From assembly GCA_951406725.2 (NCBI GenBank), contig OX597836.1:24056001-24120000 (forward strand): DNA of 64,000 nt, in the 5' to 3' direction. A program made the translations under genes and the position numbers. The notes beneath the pieces were generated by a model that ran no database searches, was not told the origin of the DNA, and was given only the letters and a program-made list of their open reading frames with translations. Below are positions 52,424 to 64,000 of the stretch, piece after piece. Position 1 is the stretch's first letter, and each line of letters begins with the position of its first letter. Origin of the DNA: Octopus vulgaris. Lineage: Eukaryota.

Positions 52424-53324
52424 TACACACAAACAAACGTACATACATACATGTATACATACATACACGCATTCATATATATGTACATACATACACATGC
52501 TTATACATGCACTAAACAACGAGAGTACAAATTTCAATACTTTGAAATTCGTATTTGCTCTGGTTTTATCCTATAGATTTATCCTTCTAAGCATTAGGCT
52601 GAAAATTGTATGGTATTTACTGGGCTTACAAACCTGGTATTATAATTTTATAATTTAATTTTATTCATCACAGAAGTCTTAACGTTTGTATTATATTGCT
52701 ATCGTGGATTTACAGTGTTAATACATAGCTGGTGGGTTGAATCGTTATTCTGAATTATTAGTAAGTATATTTAACCAAAATGACATCATAATCTTTTAAT
52801 AAACAAAGCACATTTAAGCACTCTGTGCAGAGAAAACACGCAAAATAATTTTCTAAAATTTATTTTTAAAGCTTATTTAAATAATATATTGCAACATTTT
52901 CAAAAAATTTGCTGTCTTTATTTTATATTATATGATTAACTTTGAAAATAGGGGAATAGAATTTAGTTTTGCAATTCAGTGATTTGCAATTGTACTTAGT
53001 GAATAAATTTTTAAAGAATTACTTTAATAACATGTTTTTCAGTTTGCCCACTTTCGGAAAACGTAGGAACAAGATGATTGAACAAAAGGGAGTTGTATGT
53101 GTACGCGCGCGTGTATGAATTAAACCTTAGGATGTAAGGTAGATAACTCTGTCGTCAAAATGTTTTTGTTCAATACTGACAGACGCAAACGCACACAAAA
53201 AAACACGCGCGCGCGCACACACGAGCACGCGTAGACACACAACACACACACAACATACACACAACACACACATACATACATACATACATACATACATACA
53301 TACATACATACATACATACATACA

Positions 53325-53360
<36 letters not shown>

Positions 53361-53409
53361 TTGTAGATCTGTATAGGAAACATGATAAATTCAACAAGCT
53401 AAGCTACAA

Positions 53410-54420
53410 AGGCTGAAAGAACCGGAGCAGGACTGCTGCCAGCATGTCCAGTCAAAAGCAACATGAAATAGAAGGCGAAATACTGTAAACTGTACTACAG
53501 AAAATGTCAAAACGAAATTCCCCAGGCCCAGACCTCATAACAGGTCACTGGCTGAAGTATTTCAGGTTTTATCGGCGAGCCAGATTATCATACGGTTGTA
53601 TGGAGGAAGTATCAAGGGCACACAAGAACTACCTCTATGATTATCAACTGCAACTACTCTACTCATCCCCAAGAATAGTCAAACCACCCTCACAAAATTT
53701 ACTGCCCAATAGCCTGTCAGAACGTCATATACATATACACTAGGTGCTTCAATCTGTTCTTACAGGATCATTACTCCACAGACAACATTATAAAGCCTGA
53801 GCAAGCTCGAGGAAAGAAGAAGGTTTGAGGCTGTATAGAGCTGATACTAATTAATAAAATGATCCAAGAAAAAAACAATAAAAATCGCAGGATCTTAACT
53901 GAAGTGTGGTTAAACCACTAGAAGCTTTTGATATATCACTTGAGTGGATTATCAAGGGTTCACAATTAGTCAGAGTCCTGCGTCCACTAATAACTACTAT
54001 TGAGCGCGTGACCAAAACTTGGTATACCACTTTGCTCCTTAGGAATGGTAAAGAGCAAATTGAGTCTGATGACACTACCAAAAGGATCAATGCTGGCCTT
54101 CATCTTCTCATGAAACCTACTACCATACCTTCTCACAAAACAGTGGCAAGACAAATGGACACAGAAGTATCCTTCGTCTTTTCTTTGTCGACGACCACAT
54201 TAAAAAACAATTGGATCTCTTTATGCAACTTTCAGCCGATAGTGGAGTGAAATTTGGTGAGTCCAAATGTGCATTTTTAACGATAAAACGTGGAAAAGTT
54301 GTGTCCTCCTCTGATAACCTAAATGTGAATGGCTTATAGATACAACATCTACAGTCAAGTGATAATTATAAGTTACCTTGGACATAAATAAGAAGAGGAC
54401 CATGATTGAATGCTTCAAGA
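53410..54420 (+). mobile_element. R4/Dong-clade LINE RT fragment, decayed
   Basis: KMSKRNSPGPDLITGHWLKYF; TLLIPKNS..NLLPIACQN; HRSILRLFFVDD; YNYLG. Confidence 0.7.
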
Positions 54421-54499
54421 TAGCTTAGAAGAAGCATATCGCTTCTTTATTTACCCCTCCTCCCTTTTTAGCATTTTGTTTTTCAACTTAATATTTTTT

Positions 54500-56962
54500 T
54501 GACGTCTATTTATAGGAACTCTGTGTTCTTCAATTTTCCTTCCACTTGTTAGCGTGGGTCTGGTACTTGGAATGTGTCATACAGCCATTCCATGGGTTCT
54601 TCCAATGTCTGGTTCATTTTCTGTGGATCTCTTTTTAATTGGTTTCTGTGTCTTTTTTCAATACCTTTCAGCTTTTAATTCCGTGCATCATTTCCCCTAT
54701 GTACTTTATGGTTTTTCCTTCTTCCCTGTATTGTTTTCCGTTTTTATACGACCTCATGTACACCTTATCACAAATTTTGAAAAAAAGTTTAGATTGTCTT
54801 TCCTGGTACTTTTTCTTTCCTTGCCAGATAACAGTTTATCAGAAACTGATTTACCTTCCTCGCGAGCATCAGTTCAGCTGGTGAGCTTCCTGCTGGTGTA
54901 TTGAGATTCGGTGTCACCCTGTATACCCTTAGGAATCGCTGCAGAGGGATTTCGTCTGTGGCTTCCTTGTTTTCTCAAAGCTCTTTTAAAAGTGTCCACA
55001 AAACGTTGAGCCTGTCGATTTGATCTGGAATGGTAAGGCGCTATCGGTTTATGTTCTACCGTGAACATTTCGCAGAATTTTCTATATTCACTAATTGTGT
55101 TCCATTATCAGATACAATTACGTCTGGGATGCCAAATCTTGCAAATAATTCGTGCAAAAAAGTTATTACTATTGATGCAGTTGGTCTTTTGCACTTAACA
55201 ATATCCGTAAAACTTGTCAACTACTACTAAGTAGTAATAACCATTTAACGGACCCGCAAAGTCGATATGTAGTCTTGTCAATGGACTTTTTACTTCTGGC
55301 CAACTCCCACATTTTTAGTTAATTTTTTCGCTACGTTTTCAACTTATTTGTTTATGTTCGGCCGATATACATAGCTGCACATATGCCCTTTCATCTTTGC
55401 AATCCCCGGATGTCAACATTCTTTTTTGTAGAGTCACAGGTATCACTACTCTTTGGCCATATATCAGTATACCACCGCATGTTGAATATGTGTTTACATC
55501 TCGTTGTTTTTTCTTACCGAACCTTGTTTTGCTTTCTTTCGCCGACCACTTAAAAAAAAAAATTAACTTGTCTTTTGACGCGTGTCGCTTTATTTCCTCC
55601 AGCGTTATTGGTAACTCTCGTACAATGTTCCACATTATGTTCAATTTCCCTTTCGGCTATTAGGGTTGCTGTTTCTGTGTCCTCGAATGGTTCGCCATTT
55701 CTGGGTATTATCCTGGGTAAAGATTCCATTGCGTAATCGTCGTTTAGTAGTATGGTGCACCATCGCTGCAGCCTATTTGCAGTATGCATTGGGATTCCTT
55801 TCTTGGATTCATAAATCATTAGCAACGGGCAATGGCCTGTTTGTAGTCAAAAGAGTCTACCATGTATAAACCTATAAAACTTATTTTATGCCAGATATAA
55901 TTGCCAATACCTCTTTCAATTTGGCCATAATACTTTTTCGCCCGCAGTAGCTTCCTTTAGGCATGAGCTATGGCTTTTTGTCTGCCATCTTCACATTTGT
56001 GTAGGAGTACGGCACCTACCCTGTACTCACTAGCATCTGCCGCCAGTACCGTTTCCAACTTCGGATCGAAGTAAATTAACATTCTTTTTAGTTCGTCAAA
56101 TGCCTTCTGGCATTTTTCTGACCAAAACCATTTGGCATCCTTCTTTAACAGTTCGTTTAGTGGAGTCATTGTGTTGTATATGTTCGGGATATAGACTTGA
56201 TAGTAGTTTACCAAGCTTATGAATGCTTCGTTGGAGGAGGCATATTCCGTATTGCCATCGTTTTTGATGGGTCTGACCTTCGTCCCCTTTTGTCAACTAC
56301 TTGATCCAAATATTTGATTTTTTTCATCAAAAATTCACACTTTTCTTCTATTTATCAAATCCCGTATTCATTTATTTTTCCGAATGCTTTTTTAATATGT
56401 TCTAAGTGTTACTGCACTGACTCGCTCTTTATCAAACTATCACCGAGATGTGCGATAGCGAAGTCGCAATCATTTAACATTCCGTCCATCACTTGTTGGA
56501 AAGTGGCAGGTGCCACTTTTGCTCCAAAAAGAAGCTGCTTGAATTCGTACAATCCACGGTGTGTGTTGATTGTTAAAAGGTGTGCGCAATCTTCCTCTAT
56601 CTGTATCTGCAAGATAAACCTCCGAGAGGTCTAACTTCGAGAAAATTTTTCCTCCATTTAGTTTTGAGAAATACTTCTTCTGGGCTTCGACTAAACAGTC
56701 ATTTAGTCCAGTTGAAAAGACAGTACACACTCTTAGTTCATTTATTCTTTACGTAAACTGTGGGATCGATCCTCGCTTCTGTTTTAATGCAACAGCCTAA
56801 TCCTTCCAAAAACACATTTGGAAACAATATTTTAATTTTTTGTCGCAGTTGTTCGACTCTTAACCGTGCCGACTACACTTTCACAGAGAAAACTAATGGG
56901 GTGTCACACATTTTAAAAAACTCCATGCCAAATAGATTTAGTGATTTTTTTCAACACATAAA
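54500..56962 (-). mobile_element. Ty3/gypsy LTR-retrotransposon pol remnant (RT-RNaseH-integrase)
   Basis: KIFSKLDLSE..TINTHRGLYEFKQLLFGAKVAPATFQQVMD (RT); LAADASEYRVGAVLLH (RH); RLHIDFAGP, IVSDNGTQ, PYHSRSNRQAQRFVDTFK (IN). No LTR pair found. Confidence 0.92.
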
Positions 56963-56970
56963 TGATTGTC

Positions 56971-57041
<71 letters not shown>

Positions 57042-57088
57042 TGTCCTTTATATAATATATATATATTTCACCATAGGTGAATTAAAAA

Positions 57089-57122
<34 letters not shown>

Positions 57123-57135
57123 GATTATTATTATG

Positions 57136-57201
<66 letters not shown>

Positions 57202-57660
57202 GAGTGAGAGAACAGTGCATGCCATCAAAGTGATCGGGTAAAATATACAAAGCCCAGTATACCCATCGTAACTACCTCTCTGATAAGGTCACACCAGGCA
57301 CATGCATCAGAACCATATGTGCGTGACATGGCGATCTCATATCAAGATGAACCGCGCATGACCTTGCAGGTGAGGCCCAATTAGAATTGTTTTCAGGTCG
57401 AGTAGCTCATCCCACTCAAAACGTCCCTGAATACGGATTGTTTAAGGGTGTTGAACGAAACACCCATGTTTTCGAAGGTGAATTATCTAAAGCCCAAATA
57501 ATCCCTCTCAACACAAGGCTATGATGCTCCCCACTACTTCTGTTCGTGATCAGATATGCATGTATCGTCAGCCACTATGGGACATGCTGAACTGGTTAAC
57601 GTTAAGCAACTGACAAGCAAGTACATGATAACACCTCCAATCAGTTAAAATAAGATGCCA
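57202..57660 (-). mobile_element. Unclassified non-coding repeat ending in (TAA)n, fused to an R4/Dong fragment
   Basis: Abrupt switch from R4 coding sequence at about 57660; the minus strand ends GCACTGTTCTCTCACTC-(AAT)n. Confidence 0.45.
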
Positions 57661-58245
57661 TTGTCATCTGCTGGTATTGATACATTAATTAGAAAGCGTT
57701 TTTTTCTTCATGATCTCTGACAACTATATCTGGCCTATTGGCCTTAATTTCTCTATCTGTGTGTATTGGCATATCCCAGAGTATGGTTGCTTTCTCATTT
57801 TCTGTGACCTTTTCTGGTGTGTGCCTATGCCATCTTTTTTCTCTTGTTATTTCATAGTGTTGGCATAACTTCCAGTGTATGTAGGTCCCGACACTGCCGT
57901 ATCCTGTAAATATATTCCTTCGTAGCCAGGACTAGGCAGCCAGAGATACTATGATTTATTGTTTCTTGTCCATCTCCACATATTCTGCAGATGTTATGTT
58001 TCTTTTCATTATATGTTTTTGGTAATTTCTGGTGGGGAGGCTTTGGCCTTGTACTGCAATTAAAAATCCCTCAGTCTATGCTTTGAGTTCTGGGCTTCTC
58101 AACCATTGCTGGGATTTTTCTCTATTTCTTTTGCATTTAGTTTAGTCCAGTATTTGCCATGAAGGGGCTTTTCTTGCCATCGTTTTATCATGGTCCATTG
58201 CTGTTCTAGTTTTAGTTTGGATTTCATTTGTTTTATAGCTTTTGT
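57661..58245 (-). mobile_element. R4/Dong-clade LINE fragment (zinc knuckle and endonuclease start)
   Basis: KRWQEKPLHGKYW..TEGFLIAVQGQSLPTRNY..CRICGDGQETINH..RFLINVSIPADDN; flanked by (ATT)n. Confidence 0.85.
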
Positions 58246-58278
58246 TGTTGTTTCTTCTTCTTCTTCTTCTTCTTCTTC

Positions 58279-58366
<88 letters not shown>

Positions 58367-58561
58367 CATCAGGCAGTGCTGGTATTAAAGTATGTCATAC
58401 TCGATTAATGCATCGACAGCCATCATACACAGGCACAGACGCACACACACACACACGCACACACACGCATACACACGTGGAAGCAACAGTAATTATTATT
58501 ATAGTACTAATAGTACAATCGTTATAAACATGAATAAAGCTGGTGAGAACCTATTAATAAT

Positions 58562-58615
58562 AAGATGAAAGAATGTAATTGTAGAAACAAAACTGCATGT
58601 CCTCTCGGACATGGA
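58562..58615 (+). mobile_element. Possible PLE ORF fragment
   Basis: ECNCRNKTACPLG matches the CNCRxKxxCPLxG motif that precedes GIY-YIG in many PLEs; very short. Confidence 0.4.
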
Positions 58616-59331
58616 GATGTATGCTCGGGGCTCGAGCAAAAGAATTCGAAGACTCACAGAATAGAATATATAATACAACAACTAGTCAGCAATAAAAACT
58701 GTGCACACGACCGATGCAAACACCAGATTATGCAACCTTTGCCTTGAAGAGACTGTGTATCTCAATTTACAAAGATCAATCGATAAACAGGCACTCCGAG
58801 ATCGTTATGATGTGTACGCACAAACTTGGAAAGCCTTTCAAAGAATACGCTAAATTCATTTAATATAGAACGTTTGATAAATTTATTAATAGAAATGAAT
58901 ATTTCATTCATGCAACTATCTATAAATAGGTAGGTATATGTCTACCTCTGTATTTATGTAGGCGTATACTGATGTTAATATATTCATTTAATAACAGTTG
59001 TCTACCTATATTCATTTATCCTTTATCTATGTGGTTATTTTTAATTTGTTAACTCTTGATTTTATCATTCTTAGTATAGGTTACGATCTATTTTATTAGT
59101 AATGTATTTATGTGTAAGTGTATATGCGTGTGAGTAAATATACAGGTGAATGCAATACGGTGCGTATATGTGTGGGCGTATGTGTGTGTGTAAGGATTTG
59201 TATATATATGTCTCTCTCTCTCTCTCCCTTTCACTCTCTTTCTCTCTCTCTCTCTCTCGATATACATACACATATACTTATATTAATATTTTTATTACTA
59301 TTATTATTAATGTATATCCATGTGTGCGTGA

Positions 59332-59364
<33 letters not shown>

Positions 59365-59902
59365 TACATACATACATACATACATACATACATACATACA
59401 TACATGTGTGTATGTATGTGTATGTGCGTGTGTGTATGTGTGTGACTATAGTAGAATAATAAAAAGAAAGTTCTTGGTACAGTATTATATATTTGGTAAA
59501 ATGAGTAGAGACAGTTTTGGTGGGCGGGGGTAGAGTTAACTCACTGTAAACATTATCATTGAAATAAAAATTATCCCCTCTCCACAAAGCCATCTCTACT
59601 CATTTTGTTTCAAATATAGGATTTCGCTTAGGCATAGCTGTACTACTAACCTGGTGTTAGAACTCTGTATACGAACACTTCAGAACGAAACGTCAGTCGA
59701 ATACTGAGCAGCAACAAGAAATTAGAATGACAAAGGAAGAATAAATTATGACACGAATCTCATTAGCTTACAGCAGCTCCTGTAATAAGACTCAATGTAC
59801 TCATAGTTGAATGGCGGTTTATCACGATATAGCTTCTTCGAAGCTTCTGAATTTCATGACATAATTAAGTTTAATTTTTACTTATACAACATATGTAAAC
59901 AA

Positions 59903-60066
59903 GACGCAGGAGTGGCTGTGTGGTAAGTAGCTTGCTAAACAACCACATGGTTCCGGGTTCAGTCCCACTCGTGACATCTTGGGCAAGTGTATTCTGCTAT
60001 AGCCCCGGGCCGACCAATGCCTTGTGAATGGATTTGGTAGACGGAAACTGAAAGAAGCCTGTCGTA

Positions 60067-60111
<45 letters not shown>

Positions 60112-60325
60112 TTGTGTGTCTGTGTTTGTCCCCCTCGCATTGCTTGACAACCGATGCTGGTGTGTTTACGTCCCCGTCACTTAGCGGTTCGGCAAAAGAG
60201 ACCGATAGAATAAGTACTGGGCTTACAAAGGATAAGTCCCGGGGTCGATTTGATCGACTAAAGGCGGTGCTCCAGCATGGCCGCAGTCAAATGACTGAAA
60301 CAAGTAAAAGAGTAAAAGAGAGTAA
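59903..60325 (+). mobile_element. SINE family B, full length
   Basis: Colinear with 34352-34785. Confidence 0.93.
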
Positions 60326-60777
60326 GTACACACAACACACACAAACGTGTGTGTGTTTGTGTCTATACGTGTGAGGATGCGTGCGCAGCGGAGATAATGA
60401 ACTTAATCACGTTCTACTATTTCTCTCTCGCAGTGGCTATCTTTCTTTTTGTTTCGGTCAGGCATGAAGAATGTTTTAAACAGGCTGCTCTTGGGTAGGC
60501 CCCACTTCATATATGAAACGAAAAATAGCTTGCATAATATATATATATATCAAACAAGTAGTACTTACTTTTTAAGATTTGGTACATATTCTATGATTTC
60601 TCTTTTAAGGAATCGTTAATTTACGGGACGTAAACAAACCAAAACCAGTTGTCAAGGGTGGCGGAGGACAAACACAAATATAAGGATGCAAACACATACA
60701 TATGCACATACGTACATACGTATATAGGTACCTACGTACATATATATATATATATATACATACATTTATACAAGTAT

Positions 60778-60902
<125 letters not shown>

Positions 60903-60917
60903 CATATACACACATAT

Positions 60918-61329
60918 TACTCATTTACATGTTTCAGTCATTTGACTGTGACAATGCTGGAGCACCGCCTTTAGTCGAGCAAATGAGCAAATCGACCCCA
61001 GGACTTATTCTTTGTAAGCCTAGAACTTATTGTATCGATCTCTTTTGCCGAACCGCTACGTTACGGGGACGTAAGCACACCAGCATCGGTTGTCAAGCGA
61101 TGTTGGGGGGACAAACACAGACATACAAACATATACACGCAGATACATATATAGAGAGAGATGCATATATACGACGGGCTTCTTTCAGTTTCCGTCTACC
61201 AAATCCACTCACAAGGCTTTGGTCGACCCGAGGCTATAGTAGAAAACACTTGCGCAAGATGGCACGTAGAGGGACTGAACCTGGAACCGTGTGGTTGCTA
61301 AGCAAGCTACTTACCACACAGCCACTCCT
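60918..61329 (-). mobile_element. SINE family B, full length, inverted relative to the 59903 copy
   Basis: Reverse complement of family B. Confidence 0.92.
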
Positions 61330-61347
61330 ATACATATATCATACACG

Positions 61348-62661
<1,314 letters not shown>

Positions 62662-62671
62662 TATATGCAAC

Positions 62672-62800
62672 AGGTACCTTTCAGTTTCCGTCAACCAAAT
62701 TCACCCACAAGGCCGCCTGAGGGGCCATATCAGAAGATACTTGCCCAAGGTTCCAACGTGGAACTATTGATAGAAAAGCTCACTTCTTATCACACAGCCT
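62672..62800 (-). mobile_element. SINE family B head, old copy
   Basis: TTTCAGTTTCCGTC.ACCAAATTCAC.CACAAGG..ACTTGCCCAAGG..CACACAGCC. Confidence 0.7.
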
Positions 62801-64000
62801 TATGCGCGCACTCACACACATGTAAAACCGTTTAAGAATTAAAGAAAGGACAGTAGATAACTTTACATGGTTGGCGTAGGCTAAAGGTGACTTCGATATT
62901 GTTTTAGTGTACATATCGGTGTTTTGCTTGACTTTAGCTATTTGTACATGCACAAGATATCAATTCTGAGTTGATATCGATATGAATAAAGGCCCTTGTA
63001 TACACACATACACTGACACATATATATATGTAAATCCATACCAATATACATACATATATATATACGGTGGTGAAGTCTCCTGTTGTGGACGACAGGTTGT
63101 TGTTCTGCTATTTCTTGCCGAACAAACTGTACGGTGTATTTCTTTATAGCGATTAAATGCTTGTGCCGTACCCTTAATGCCTCCAAGAAATCGACATAGC
63201 TTGTACAGGTGCACTTCTAATGTCAAGGTATCGCAGAGCAAAATGAAATTAAGGAGTTGTATAGCAGCGGGTTCGCCAATCGAAAACACAACCTTTCCAA
63301 TGCATGTATGTAAAATGCAAGTATGTATGCATATATGTGTATATCTATTCACACAAATATATTTATATGTGTGGGTAGGCGGGTTTAGTGTCCGGTAACT
63401 AGAACTTCTGTAATTTCATCTCAATAGACTGACACAGCAAACCACTGTATCGTCGGCAAATTCATCGTCATACCAAATACAAATCGGTAAATTTATCATC
63501 TTGTTTTTTTTTTATCACCTCAATAAATATATTTTTCATTAACAATGAAAAAGAAATATTTTCCTGCCTTCGTTCACATATAACATAGTCGAGAGCCATT
63601 TACATGAGCTTGAATTTTCTTCTTTCTCGTTATAACTGTCGAAAACATAAATCTGATTGTTCTACTGTTACAAGTCTACATACGTACCAAAAAGAAGAAA
63701 TTATTAAATGGTGAAACATTATGTCCTTCTCTTCATTTCCAAATAGTCATAAAAATTTCACCTTCTATGTGTATAAAAAACTAAGAAAATTAGAATTGTA
63801 CTGGTTTACTATAAAACATCAATGTACTTGTAATTCATATGTATTTAATTCAACCTAATGAAGCAATAACGACAATAAAAGTCACACAAAAAAGAACATA
63901 GTTTCTAACTAACAATCCAAAAAAGAAAAATCGAAGACAAAATCTTTAGATTTACTTAATACATACACAAAAACAAAGTTACCTTGGTTTGAATATATGC

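Noticed and set aside
62960-63352. 130-aa minus-strand ORF with a non-repetitive core
   Set aside because: No recognisable domain or splice signals; both ends run into microsatellite.

Overview
AT-rich, microsatellite-saturated eukaryotic DNA with no recognisable intact host gene. The SINE families and (TA)/(TATG)/(GATA)/(ATT) landscape look like an octopus (cephalopod) intergenic or large-intron region; this is recognition from memory, not a database result. Almost all ORFs in the supplied track are microsatellite read-through. The real coding remnants are decayed transposons: Tc1/mariner (DD41D rosa-like, a truncated mariner, two DD37D maT), a Chapaev3-like CMC transposase, a Ty3/gypsy pol, and LINEs of RTE, CR1, Tx1/L1, HERO and R4/Dong type, plus Penelope-like (PLE) fragments. 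About 20 SINE copies of three families are present, several with clear target-site duplications. The most interesting unexplained structure is about 10 minimal type I hammerhead-ribozyme motifs (CUGANGA-stem II-GAAA-short palindromic stem III-UH). They lie in short PLE-like terminal fragments that are often folded back as inverted repeats. One two-copy family carries a compensatory U3-A8 core (UUGAAAA) instead of C3-G8. Coordinates were counted by eye and may be off by a few bases; all folds were read manually.
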